64,000 nucleotides of DNA from Marsupella aquatica (taxonomy: Eukaryota; Plantae; Marchantiophyta), in the NCBI GenBank assembly GCA_973895155.1, contig OZ316892.1, forward strand, positions 4,982,510 to 5,046,509, given 5' to 3'. The notes under the pieces are model-generated. The model was not told the DNA's origin. It ran no database searches and worked only from the letters and a program-made list of their open reading frames with translations. Positions within the stretch are counted from its first letter, which is position 1. Each line of letters starts with the position of its first letter. Positions 30,691 through 46,199 of the stretch are shown here, in pieces. A program made the translations under genes and the position numbers.

Positions 30691-30918
30691 CCATGGATCC
30701 GACAGGGACCCGCACCAGAAGGGGGGAGGATTAAATCAGGGCCACAGAGTATACAACCAGAGCCGAGGAGATAAATAATCAGAACTCCATCCACTACCCA
30801 CAAAACCCATTCTACTCATACACATGTACCTTCCACTCCTGCGTGAGGAGGGGGGATTGAACCTAAGATTCCCAGTTCTGCTAATCCCCTAGCCAACCAC
30901 ACAAGCCAGTTGGGTCCT
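30690..30918 (-). mobile_element. Putative tRNA-derived SINE
   Basis: Minus strand begins with A-box-like TGGCTTGTGTGG followed by B box GGTTCAATCCC, then an unrelated body; no TSD or tail resolved. Confidence 0.45.
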
Positions 30919-31048
30919 GAATTTATTTCTCGCTAGTTAGATCTTCCTGGATTTAAGGATAAGTGAAACATTCTGGTTAATGGGGTTTGTGTCTAGACGG
31001 GAAACTAAATAATCCAGGGCATGCTCAAAAAATGGCTACATTCACTTA

Positions 31049-31739
31049 GGGCCACTTTACAAGACGGGTGCGGCAATTTATGTTGAACTATGATGTCTTC
31101 CTTTATGACAATACAATCATGACTCATCACATGCTCACATAGTCGACACAATCCATACATGGTTCACCTCTTCTCCAAGGCTATGTTCCCAGGAACACAA
31201 CAACTTTACTTCAGAGTAGTCAAACACACAAGCTCTCTCTCTCTCTCTTCCTCAAGTTGCTTCGTTACAATGAGCAAGCACCACATGCCATCGGCTTACA
31301 CTAGCCATGGTATATGCAAGGTCACACACGACTAACCTAACCTCAGCTAAGTCCCTAACTGAGGTTAACCTAATTGCCGTAACCTTTGAGTCACAAGACT
31401 AAGAACAATCCTTAACAATTTAGTCCCTCTTTTTTTAGGATCGAATCAATCACGACTGTTGTTTCAGCCTGCCCAGGCGCTCCTTGGTTTAGAAGACTGC
31501 GCGACAAGTTGAGCTGCGGGAAAGACCGAACCTGCATTCTGGTATGGATCAGCTCGGGCTAGCCGGCTTGGGACTCTCATCCGGGCGCTAGACTATCAGA
31601 CCTCCGGAGGTATGAAAATGGGTAGGCTGCTTTCCTGCCTTGGTCTGGTCTAGAGTCCTACGGTACACAAAAAGTCAGGCTCTATTACAGACCTAGTAGA
31701 AAACACTCAAATTGCCGCACCCGTCTTGTAAAGTGGCCA
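31049..31739. mobile_element. PIF/Harbinger (Tourist-like) MITE with 30-bp TIRs and TTA TSD
   Basis: ggccactttacaagacgggtgcggcaattt (31050-31079) and its exact reverse complement (31709-31738); TTA at 31046-31048 and 31740-31742. Confidence 0.9.
31081..31417. mobile_element. Solo LTR nested in the MITE
   Basis: Starts TGTTGAA, ends CTTAACA, flanked on both sides by a 5-bp TSD ATTTA (31076-31080 and 31418-31422); 337 bp with no coding sequence. Confidence 0.8.
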
Positions 31740-33226
31740 TTAGGCCAATTTCTGGGCAAAAGTGGGCAATACTTTTTGATCACGTGGAATTTAGTCATTT
31801 TTTGTTACTAGAAAGAAAGCGGCCTCACACTCCCTTGATCCTTAGTTTGTTTTTGGGGTCCTCATAAGGATTGGAAAGACCAATATACCAAAATTGGCCA
31901 ACCAAAGTACAATAGAGCAAAAGAAAGAGGCAGAGGCAAACACTAAAATTGAAAGAAGAGGGTAAATGCAAAACCTCAGAGAACATAATTGCAATAGTGT
32001 GATGATCTCTAATTGGAGAAATGTATTGCCCAATCCAGTACCTCAAACACTGTTTCCATAATAAAATGATATTCTATTATTATTTTTATCATGGTTAGGG
32101 CCTTCCTTTGAAAGTGCTGTTCCTATGGACATCCTTTATGTCTAAATACAAATTTATTTATTTTTTAATCTAACCTGCAGAGCATAGTACGGGTCTTCCC
32201 TTACAGTTTGAATTCACTTTTAGGTTGAAAATGGTTGGGGACTTCCAATACAGCTTCAAAAATTTGTATTATTTTATTATTAATCTAAACTGCAGAGCAT
32301 GGTTGGGGCCCTCCCTTATAACCATCCTCTCCTCAAGACGGACAACGACAGACTCCGTAGGCAGCGGGATGGCCGCTCCCACTCAGACGGCTCTGGCAAG
32401 ATCTTGAGCAACCCAGATTGAAAGATATCCACCTATCCTGGCAAATACCTGGAAGTAGTTATTTGTTCAGAACCAACCTACAAGTGGTATTTAAGTTTCC
32501 AGGTGCAAGCAGAATTGACAAGTATTGCTGAGAATGGTTCTCATGTTGATGGAACTAGCAAACTATGTGATTCATCTTGTCATTCTATTCATAAACTTGA
32601 GGGGTGCATGCTTTCGTATATGTTTTGAAGAAGTTGATAAAGGTTTTCAGTCTGCAACATTTTGTCACCGTCCATGCTTGGGTAAAAAAGTATGCTGATA
32701 ATTCTTATTTTGAGTCTTACGCAAAATTTTGCATAGAAATCTTTCATGACCTTTGGAACAGCTTAATGTCAGCCAGGGCAGGGAAGTAAATTCGCTACTC
32801 AATCCCAAACACTCTAAATAGGTTTCCTCCTTTCTACCACTATCCCATGTATTTTAGATCCCTAAACCCTAAACACCATGCCTGCGAGTCTGGATCTTTT
32901 GAAACCCTTCAAGTCCTCCTCGATGTTCCGTTTGTATTTTCAAGGGTGTTTACCGAAAGCAATGTTCTAGCTGATAGAGAAGACAAATTTGTGAACTCCT
33001 TGGACAGGCTATCCAGGGAGTTCACAAGTGAAGAAATCTACCTTGATTATGGAGAAACAGCAAATCTAACTAGCAAGTATTGTCTCGGGCGAAAGTATTG
33101 TAAGGGCAATGTCCCAACAGAAGCACCTCGGGCTCTTACTCAGGACAAGCCCTGTAAATGAATATTCCACATAAACCCAATCTTTCATAGCTGGCATGTT
33201 CATGCCATTCACCTGTATGAAGTAGC

Positions 33227-35677
<2,451 letters not shown>

Positions 35678-36000
35678 CTCTATCACTCTCTTAAACCCCG
35701 TGGGCTAAACCTCGCCAACCGAATACCAATTGCATGTCAAAATTGGGTCACAATCAAAAATGTTCCCGCTCAGTAGTGTAGTTTGTTCACGTTAGGCACG
35801 CAGTGGATTGCGAAAGTTAGTTTCGGAAGAGAAATCAATGTGGGTCGTTTGTTCCTCAAATTGCTCGAAACTGCAAAGCCCTCTATCTCCTCTCTCTATA
35901 TCCTGTTTGCCCATTTGTTCGAAGGGTCCTCCTAAATATTACGTTTATCGCCCATGGGGCTGTGGCAGGAGACGCTCATCTGCATCTACCATACCACAAC

Positions 36001-36125
36001 AAATGGGAGGTGTTACACGAGGCCCTTGTGAACATCTACATCAAAATGGAGGTGTTACACGAGGCCCTTGTGAACATCTACACCAAAATGGAGGTGTAAC
36101 ACGAGGCTCTTGTGAACATCTACAC
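36001..36125. repeat. Minisatellite, 3 x ~42 bp, upstream of DHS
   Basis: aaatggaggtgttacacgaggcccttgtgaacatctaca repeated three times. Confidence 0.95.
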
Positions 36126-36224
36126 TGCTTTTAAAGCATACCCAAGGAGCGCAGGATTTTACAGTAGCCGTCAGTACTGTACTAGGATTGTATTGCAAAG
36201 GATAATTACTCTCTCTGCACGCAC

Positions 36225-36490
36225 CAGAAAGTGAAGAAAGCTCATTTCTAGGTTCCAACATGTGACCAGAACGCGAAGAAAAGCAGATTGCAACTTGTGA
36301 CAAGAAAGTGAAGCAAAGCTCATAATTGGCGGAAACCTGGAAACGTTTTTGGCATTTTGGGACAAGAAAGTGAAGAAAAGCCCATAATTGGCGAAACCTG
36401 GAAAGTTTTTGGAGCATTTTGTGACAAGAAAGGGAAGAAAATATCATAATTGTTGGAAACCTGGAATTGTTTTTTAATTAGCATTTTGGG
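36225..36490. repeat. Four diverged ~62-bp tandem units
   Basis: gacaagaaagtgaagaaagc.cataattggcg.aaacctggaaa..tttttgg..cattttg repeated. Confidence 0.85.
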
Positions 36491-36511
36491 AAGAGGGTTA
36501 GAACCCTAGCC

Positions 36512-36726
36512 ACTACTCTTAGGGGCCTAGGTCTAGAGTGAAGCCTCAGGACCTCTTTATAATACATACATAGTTATAGTTATTACTATAATGAAAGCAC
36601 GCCTACTCTTACCGGCCTAGGTCTAGAGTGAAGCCTTAGGACCTCTTTATAATACATTAATAAATATTACTATAAAAGCACAGAATAGAGCCTACTCTTA
36701 AGGGCCTAGGTTTACATTGAAGCCTC
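36512..36726. repeat. Three ~90-bp tandem units
   Basis: ctactctta..ggcctaggt.ta.a.tgaagcct at ~36513, ~36603 and ~36692. Confidence 0.88.
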
Positions 36727-38947
36727 TAAACCATAACTCCCAAAACTATCATAAGTCTCAAAAAGGACAAAACTTAAAATAAGTATGAACTAAATTGACA
36801 TTGACTTTAAATAAAACCTAAACTGAAATCAGGGTGGACAAAAAACAAGGATAGGGCAAGTATGCTATTTCTGTTGATCAAAGATGGGGCAAAGATCAAC
36901 AGAAATAACATAAAAAATTTAGTTTGCAATATATTTTTCTTCATATCTATTTACTTTTAATAGGGCTAGTATGGTACAAGAAAAAGTTAGCAACCATGAC
37001 CTTCCAAAAATGAGATTGTCGGAATAATAGGGACCTCCAAAAATGGCTACACAGCAATAACCTTTCTTTCATACCAAATTAATGTAGCTCTACCTAAACC
37101 TTGTATTCACATGTTGGGCCATGGGGGGATCTATTTGTATAGTGTGCCAGTGGCATAGTAGTCAAAATTCAAGTTTTGACTATCTGCTTTCACTTTTTGT
37201 ACTTGCACAGCGTTGTGTTTTAAAATGTGTGGTGTTCAATACTGGTTGTGTGTTCATTATTGGTGCTGTCATATGATACATAATTTTGCACCTTTTGTTC
37301 TAAATATAGAACAATTTACGATCAAAACTGATTTATGTACACGACGTTAGGAGTTAATACAAGCCCCATAAGAATCTTATGACCTATAAAGTTTCAGCCC
37401 ATAACACTTTGCTTACATGAGAACTTTGACTCTCCCTAATGCCATCATCCATAATTTAGAAGCTTTGAGACTCCCTATATAGCATGTTCATCAACATGCA
37501 TCTTTTTTTGTCTTGTAGTGACATGTAATTCTTTTGATTTATTTTATGATAAAAGAAGCAGATACATGTAAAGTATATGCTAAGAAATTAATATCTCTTA
37601 ATTAAGAGTGAGTGACATAGTACACATGTAAAAAAAAGCACATTATGACCAAGAAAATATAAAGATACTAAAGAGTTGTGCACATATAGTACAGATTTTC
37701 ACTTGCTTCTAGGTAATGACAATCAACTCAATTAAAACCATAAATTTTGTAAAAGAAACCATGAGAGAAACTTAGTACACCAAATGTGCACCTTGTGCAA
37801 ACTCATTTCTCTCACTCTCACTAGAAAAAGATAATTCACTAAGGAGTGATCCATTGAATAGGAAAGATTAAACATTTATGAGGAGCCAAATACATTAGAA
37901 ATACTCTAAGTTAAATAAAATTAAAATGGGTCCAAAAGTTAATTACGGACCCCACTAGAGGTCCCTTCCAAAATTCCTGGCACCAGAGCGTGCCACGTCG
38001 GTTTTGTGAATTTTGTGAATCAAACTTACAGTTTTCCTTCATGTTTGCGTTAATTTGGGTGTAAATTTTGGGATGCCATGCCGTAAAAAGAAATATAAAA
38101 TAATTAGAAATACAAAGAGCAAGACGATTAAAACTGTCACTATGTAACCGTTTTAGTTACATTTTCAATTTTAAAACTTCAATTCAAAGATTTATAAAAA
38201 ATATTTTTCATATAATAAATAATGGCTAGTAACTAACTTGATAAATTCCTTGTAAAAGGGTAATTGGTACTTGGAGTAAGATTTCCGACCCAATGCAATC
38301 AAGGGAAACTGCTAGCCATGGTTCTAACTTGAACATTGAACGACCGGGTGCAATTCATTTGATCAGACATTCATCTAATTACAAAATGGATTCGTCACAC
38401 ATTGAATTCTGACTCTTGTAGCTTGAGAATTTGGTAGCATGTAACGAAAAAACCTGATTTTGACAACTCTTTGTGATAACCATGCTATCAATTAACCAAG
38501 GGGTCCACGAACTAATTCAAAATCAAATTAATACAAAAGATTTACCTAGTTAAGGCACATTAAAATAAAAATGCTGAACACAAAAACTGAATAAAACAAA
38601 TTGTGTATTCACCATATATAACAGCTTCATAATTTAGAAGCTTCGAGACTCCCTACTAAACGAGTCAAAAAGTTTCAGCCCATAACACTTTCAGCCCATA
38701 ACATTTTGCTTACTTCGAATTTATTAATGAAGGCACTAAATGTCAAAGGTCTCCAATCAACGAGACCCCCCCCAGTGCGGAGAAATCAATCTCCCCTTCT
38801 GAGTCCTTGCTAGCGCTGAATCAGAAACAGAGAACGAGGCGGAAGGTTTAAGCGCTTGTTTACACCATAGCTCTCACGAAGAAGAAGGCTGGGGTGACAA
38901 TAAAGATCAAAGGTTTCCAACGCTGGACCCGATAGCTTGAATACTCG

Positions 38948-40637
38948 ATGGTGTGCGATAAGTGTTAAGTACCCAACTGCTCTCCCGATGAATGACGAAT
39001 GCGTTTTTCCCCTCATGTGACTCTTTGCTTCGTTCTTCGGATCATTTGTTTTTTTAGGCATTGTTGTCGACAGCGCTGTTCTTGAGGTGTTCGATGTCGT
39101 TTGTTGCTGAAGTGCGGTGTTTCTGAGTTACTCAGAGAGGCAGGACTCTGTATTTGTAGAATTTCAGTGGATACCTCCATCTAGCCTATCTGTCTTGTAC
39201 GCTTCTCTTCTACTTCAACTACTTTTGTGAGCTACTTCGTCATCTCAATTGTCGTCCACTGCAAGGAATAGGTCAGGGATTGTCACTGGCTTTTCAGACT
39301 TTTCGTTGTCCGATCTCATACTGCGAATTTTCTCACTCAAATATCCACAGTTTACTTGCGAATTTGTTTAGCATGTGAGGGTCTGACAGAAAAGTCGAGC
39401 CCTAGTTCCCCTTTCGTCGTACCCCAATGGAATCGCGTTTGAATCAGAAGCCACGGCAGTACGCCGATGGTATCAAATTCGCTCGGGAAGGCTGCGTTGA
39501 CTTCTATTTGTACGCTCGACAACAGTGAAAGAGTACGAATGCTTATAGCTGGCCTTGCTGAATTCTGACATAGGTTGAATATCCTGCAGGCCAGAAGAAA
39601 CTCACGAAGGTCATCGTTCCAGACAAATGGAAGGAAGGTGCCAGCAATACTACAGAGGCCGGTGGTCGTAAAATCAACGAAAACAAGCTACTTAGTAAAA
39701 AGAAAAGGTATAAACGAGGTGCTGCCACCCGTTTAGGGTTTTCTCAAGACTGAAATTGATGTGAAGAAACAAAAAGATTTAAACATCAGTAGAATTATAT
39801 TAGGGTCTAGCACGAATCAAGTTGGTTCCTCTCCGTCACCCTGATTCTGTCGGGTCTGCCAGCCCTTTCGCAACACTGGGATTGACCTGAAGTAATGAAG
39901 AGCTTTTAGATAAAGTGAAAATCTTGACTGGCTTGAATGGATTTGGGATTTGGTTTTTACTCTTCACCTATATTCTGTAGCGTCTACCAGCTCTTCAGGT
40001 TTTCAACTCTTCGCAAGGCTGGAATTTACCTAGGTAGAGATGTGAGATAAGTGCAAACCTGAAATTATTATAAGGGTCTGGCATGAATGGAATTGGTTCA
40101 ATGACACAGTCACTAATGACCCTAAGCTGTAAGCATACTTTTCTGAAAGGTGTAAACCTGACCATCTCCGCTTGTGAATGTTGATGCTGCAGATGGACGC
40201 CATATGGCTCCTCTAATTCCAAGTGCATAATCTGTAAGCAGCAGCTTCACCAAGATGCAAAATATTGCCAATCTTGTGCATACAAGAAGGGTAAGTGATC
40301 TCTCTTGTTTCAATGATGTCTCTGAAAGGTAAGGAAGAGTATCTCTGCATTGCAAGCCCTCACTATAATTGGTATTTTGTTCATCACGCGAGTATGTCAG
40401 AAGGGCCAGCATCTTCCGATGCCTCACAGTGTTCATTGTTTATTATCGCCTTTGCCTCACTAGGCATGCAGTCTTTGGTTGTGCCGCCAAAACTGAAAAG
40501 AGAACAAGCGAGCACTTGTGTCCCTTAGAAAGGACAGAGACTAAAACACTGTTGGTTGTTGGTTACCTGCAGGTGTTTGTGCCATGTGTGGCAAACAAGT
40601 CTTGGACACAACATCTTACAAGCAGAGCAATGTTTGA
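38948..40637 (+). CDS. CRIPT: Cysteine-rich PDZ-binding protein (CRIPT), four exons (38948-38963, 39590-39707, ~40192-40290, 40573-40637); not visible in the ORF track
   Basis: Spliced product MVCDKCQKKLTKVIVPDKWKEGASNTTEAGGRKINENKLLSKKKRWTPYGSSNSKCIICKQQLHQDAKYCQSCAYKKGVCAMCGKQVLDTTSYKQSNV*. Confidence 0.93.
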
Positions 40638-41956
40638 CAAGCAAATTTACAACTCGCAGCATTGTGCCAGGAATTGTACAAATAGTCCAGGTTCTTTGGA
40701 GAAGTGTGCTAAGTGTACTAGAGTCAAAGGCTGGTGTGGGGGCATTTACTTTGCAGTGGAAGCCCTAACCTTCAATCTCGCTCGCCTTTCAAGAACCTGG
40801 AAAAGTCTTGTAAATAATTTTCATAAACCCTAACACAAAGGCTTTAGTGCAGTTATACCGTTCTGGTTCAATTTTGGGCTGCAGGTGGCAATAGGGTCGA
40901 TTCTTCAATTCCGATTCTTCAATTCCTTCAAGGGTGGATTTACCTGTTCGTGAATCAGATCATCTCATGCTAATCGGCCTGTACTGCCATCCTGGTTATC
41001 TTCAACACTTTTTCTATGAAGTACTGAGTTCTGACTTTTACCTTGTCTGCTCTCAGCTCCGAATGGCTTCATGTTTCTTTAGCGTACTGAATGTTTCAGG
41101 CTATTAAGTTTTCCATGGAAGAATTGTGAGTGAATTATCGTCAACCCGTCCAGAGGTGGCCTTAATATCCAACATGCGTACATCCAACATCCCTCACATC
41201 TCTGGCCAAATTCCAATGCAAAGGCTAAGAACTGCTGAGAGTACCTTTTCGCTTGTAAGACCTTTTGTTTCGATGAAGGCTCGTCTTTTGGGGTGTTTAA
41301 AGGTAGGGTTAGACAATGCTTGACTTGAAGGATTCCCAGGTTTCAAAATGGAAACCCTAAACCCTAAATCTCGATCTATCCACACTCCAATGCTACTTCA
41401 CTCGTCAGAAGTGAAGAATGGATCAATATCTACAATGGAGACCATCTATGGATAATGGTAAATTGTACATGAACCCAAACCACGAGTGAGGCAAACAGAT
41501 GACAACCCATCAGCGGGACCATTGGTTTCACACGACAATACTTCACTAGGATTACTTATGGTGCTTGTGGATCAGCACTCAAGAGGGCTTAGGCAACAAG
41601 TGCAGAAATTATTCTCAAGCACATTAACGTACGATGTACAAATCATTGGGGTCAGAACTGCACCCACACCCAAAGCAGATATACCTTCGATTTGCCCAAA
41701 ATGAATGTAAAATATTGTTGTAAGGTCAATTGTAACCGTTTTATCAATGGGACTGAAGGCGAGCAACACTGGATGATGAGGATGATGAAGAGTTACAGAG
41801 ACATTTCACCCATGGGTGCAAGAGGAAGTTTCAAACTCTGTAACTCCAGAGCGATGGGATGGCACTCCAAATCAAAATCAACCCCTGCCACTTCCAAATG
41901 CAATTCCTCACTCTACCGAACTCTGCTGTGAGAAGAATTATTGCGCCAATAATTCA

Positions 41957-44900
41957 CTACAACTCCGCTACCAGTTGGAGTCCCTTGGGTTGGGTATTTA
42001 CATGGTGGCGCAGATCTTCAACTAGATGTTCGATTGACTTGGAGGCCCGGGATTTGCCCCAGCGAGAACTCACAGGATTGCTCTGCATACTTTGGTCTGC
42101 CCAGGTCTTTCCATGGGCGGTGCTGCCAACCCAGAGAAATCGGCTAGAATACGGGCTCAGTAAGCTCTCACAAAATTCCGGGGCACTCTCTGAAACGAGC
42201 CCCTGTCACCAAGTCAGAGACACATTACTTTAGGTTAGAATCAGATTGACATACTGTACACATAAGTCGATCCAAAATTCAGACACGCATTACTTTAGAT
42301 TAGAATCAGATTAGTCAATTTAAACTTACAATAACTACAAAAAAGGATATGAAACGGATTCCATATCACAAACCCTACTCACAAGTAAGTCATGCAAAGG
42401 GTTCAATATGACATGCATTTCAAAGTCAAGCCCAGCTGCTCTGCCAGTAACCATAAGAGCAAAAGCAATAGTAGAGCATAATGAGATGGGTCGGAATCAG
42501 AATATCTCCATGTCAAGCTTTTTCCTGAACAGATCTAAAAAGAAAGCATCACGCAAGAAATGCACAGTTACCTCAGCCATCGCTTTGATTTGAAGAGCGA
42601 CATCTCTGGTCAAAAGAGCCACTTTCCCATAATGCGCCTTCAAGGCAGCAAATATAAGTGCACATTCGAGAACATGGTCTTCGTTTGTGGGGGACATGAG
42701 ATCCGAGTACTGAGGGAGTCCCCCTGTAGTTGGAGAAACGGGCGGAGTGGCCTTGACTGGGCGTGTTTCCAAATTGCTCTGAACATGGATCCACGCCGGA
42801 AGCTTCACCATACACGACTGGATCCATTTCAAAGCTGCTCTTACATTCGACTTTCCTCCATGTTTATGTTTGAGACAATCCAGTTCTCTGACCACTGCAG
42901 CAGGGGAGATTACGAACGTGTCAAACTTTCAGAAGCAGTTAAACCCATCCTCAGGGTTTTTCACAAGATCACAGAACTACTCACAAATCAGATCATGTTT
43001 TTGCTGCACTAGTAAGCGAACAAGATGACCAGAACACCTTGACATTGGATGGGCCCACATACCAATCTTCGGAATGATGACATCAACTTCACGGATGCCC
43101 TCGAGTTGCTTCAACGCTTTCAGGGAATCGGCATCCAACAAGCAATTAGTGTCCACCACAATATGCCATTGACGCCGCACTTCCGTGGGGTGGTCGCTCA
43201 ACTTCAACCGCCTCTGCAGTTGCTCTGACGGTGAGAGTAGATCAAGACTTGATACCTGCCAGGCCCAGGAGCAAATTCGTCCAATGACTTGAGCTAGAGA
43301 CCCCCACGGTACTGTTATGAATAAGACCCTAGAATAATGTAGAAGTGCGAAAGATGCTAGAGACCAAAGTACGAGACCTTACATCTAGAGGTACATGAAC
43401 GAGACCCTAGTCAGCTCCTAAACATGCCAAGATTGAAGACTAAGGTCATATTCAGGTCCCAAAGATGCCTAAGTTTGAAGAATGAGATCGTATTGAGTGT
43501 CAAAAGAAGCAAAAGTTTGAGGATCCAAATCACGTGCAGCTACCTGATTAAAGTTGACAATAAGATCATGCTCCAGTCCCAAAAGCCAAAAGATAGCAGA
43601 AAGCAAGGATCCTTACAGCTGATGAGGACGGTCGCTGGTGAGGCTTTGGCAGATGTGCGGGAAGGTTCGAACCATATCCTGAGGACGTGAATGATTTACT
43701 TCTCCCGGTCGAGGGTGCACGGTGTCTATGAGGCCTGGGCACTCCGACCACCTTCGAGCTAACATCCGACGACGCAAAAGATGCAATGGTCTCCGACGCC
43801 TGTGGCACTTCAACAAAACTCGGCCTGGCCTGTAATGTGTAGTGCAATGACCGGAAAGGCTCCCTATTAATCGATTTGACCAGTGATTCTCTGGATGTCA
43901 GAGAAGTCCATTTGCCACCATGACGATCTGGTACACGTTCCTTCTTCCTAGACAAAACTCTTGAATGGGTCACCTTTGGGTCTACATTTTCCTTGCCCGA
44001 GGAAAGTTCATCATCAGCACTTTCAGAGATTTTATTAGACCCTGTAGGCGATGAAGCACCTTCAAAAGGCTGCTCGGCAGTCCCATCCTTGGCTTCAGGG
44101 TCTTCATTCAAGGCAGCTAATCTTGGTGCTTGAGGACAGATAGCCACATCGTTGCCAGTGGCTAGAGCTGGCAAAGGTGAAGAATTGCACCTTCTCAGCC
44201 AGAGCTTAGATGTGGCGGGGTTCAGACTCACCTCCTGCATTTTCGGGGGAGTGGCCTTGGGCTGCTTATTGAAGGGGGGCACTTTTGGACTCACAGAATG
44301 GGGTGCTGGTTGCAAAGAGCCTGACGAATTGGACCTCTCCGCGAGAGGCTTTTTGAGAGAAGGGGAGGATCGTGGCGATTGAGCGTTTACAGCTGAGGGT
44401 TGTAGAGCAGAGAAGGCTAGCCTCCTGTTGGGTCTGGTGGGTGAGCTTGCAGATCTGGTAAGCTGACCTGGCTTGACTGCAGGAGAGTTGCGAATCGCTG
44501 GAGAAATGTTTTCGTCTTGGGGGAACAGAATCTTTGGCGAGCTCATGGATTTCCTCAATTCACCTCCAAGTTTGGCTGGAGAACGCTTCACCGAACGACG
44601 AACTGCTGCTGCGCCCAGGGGAGCACTATTCTCGTCTGGGAAAATGAAATTATCCACACTAGATGGAAAGGGAGCACTGGGTAAGAAGTCCTGCTTCACC
44701 ACCAACAGACAAATTTTAGCTATTGCATTCTGCACATTCAAGATTTGGCTGACCCAAACTGAGAAAATGTGAAAAATCGCTCATAATGACATTGACAACA
44801 GAATTCTCATCACTACATTGGCCTTTTTCGTATCCTCTTGGGAACAAGTTCATATCCACCATACCGTGTACATGTCCAACTGTCCCAGTAGACTCGTTTA

Positions 44901-46192
44901 GACACTCATTTATCCAAGATGATGCTCCCAAAGAGACCCTTCAACTTAGAAGATTATGTTTCGTTCATTCCGTAAAAACCTGAACGCCCCGCCGGACTAG
45001 AAGGGTTGATTGCAAAAGCGAAGTATACGATCCAGCAGCCCCATGAGAGAGTACAAGAATGAGACCTGATTATCGGCGGAGTATCTCAATCCAGACAGAA
45101 CAGAACCGGTCTCGCTGGGCGGAGACAGCTCTCGAGTAATCTCTGCACCCGTGTCAGCACTGGTGGACAAATCCGACGAGCTACGATGTGTTCCGACGTC
45201 AGGGGCCGGCTGCCAGTCGATCCGGTACACTCGTTTAGATGTACCCAGTTGAAAAGCCACCGAATCCTTCATGAGAGTTGGTGTCATCGACGGCAACCGC
45301 TTCCCATCCAGCCATGTTCCGTGAGCTGGGGATTGTGTGGGACACAACACCAGTCAGAGTACTAAAAATGAAATACATTCCAAGAAACAAACAGAGCCTC
45401 TGCTGACCTCCTGTTAAGCTAAGATACCAGAACTCAAACTTCGAATGACAGCATCGATGCAATTATAAAATGAGGCAAGAATGAACGAAAGGGGCCAATC
45501 CCTCATGTGCTACTAGAGAACATGACCGGAGCTAACCTCGGAGTCAGACGTAGCAGAACATTCTGGCAGGAAGATCTTCAGACAGATTGGACATCTTTTC
45601 CCAGCATAGATTGACATGAGCTATCTTCGGACGTTCCACTATTAATTAATCTCACGCTTAAAGCTCAATTCCTCTATACAAAATTCATGTGTGGAATCCA
45701 AGGCAGCCTTCGAGACAAATTATTGAGGAGGTTTGTGGACTCGAAATAAATAGTTTGTATCCCTGGTACAGAAGGAGGGGTTATCCGTTACAAAGTACCA
45801 GAATCGAGATCGGTGAGAAGTATTTCTCTCGTGGCATGGATGATCTGTATCTCGAGGTGCTGTCGACTGCAAGTGGCGTGCCCAACCAACATGTCAGCAG
45901 AGCAGCTACATCTACCCATGACAAAAAGGTCCTGCCCCACGAGGCATAAACTCTCGACAATTTTGTCACCTTTGAGCACCGTCATGAAAGGCACCATCTC
46001 ATTTGGTCCGTCTCCAAAACGATCCCCCTCACTTCCACCTCCTGCATCTATATCAATTACGCCTCCCCCATCTAGGTCAATTCCGTCTCCACCGCCATCT
46101 TTGCCAACTCCACTATCTCTGTCCATTCCGCTCTCTCCAGCATCCCTCTCAAGTGCCCCTTCCGCATCCATTTCACTTTCTCCTTCAGTCAT
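41957..46192 (-). CDS. PS1: FHA-domain and PIN-domain protein, PARALLEL SPINDLE 1-like
   Basis: N-terminal FHA (VMGRCSCSADMLVGHATCSRQHLEI...LTDLDS.HGTW); long S/P-rich linker; C-terminal PIN (WHIVVDTNCLL, VVRELDCLK, SPTNEDHVLECAL, LLTRDVALQIKAMAEG); tail FCESLLSPYSSRFLW. Confidence 0.88.
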
Positions 46193-46199
46193 CGTACGT

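Noticed and set aside
36001-36726. CRISPR-like array
   Set aside because: The units are tandem repeats without unique spacers, the context is eukaryotic and there are no cas genes
41352-41368. Interstitial telomere (AAACCCT repeats; also at ~32860)
   Set aside because: Only about two units; such telo-box-sized matches are common in plant genomes
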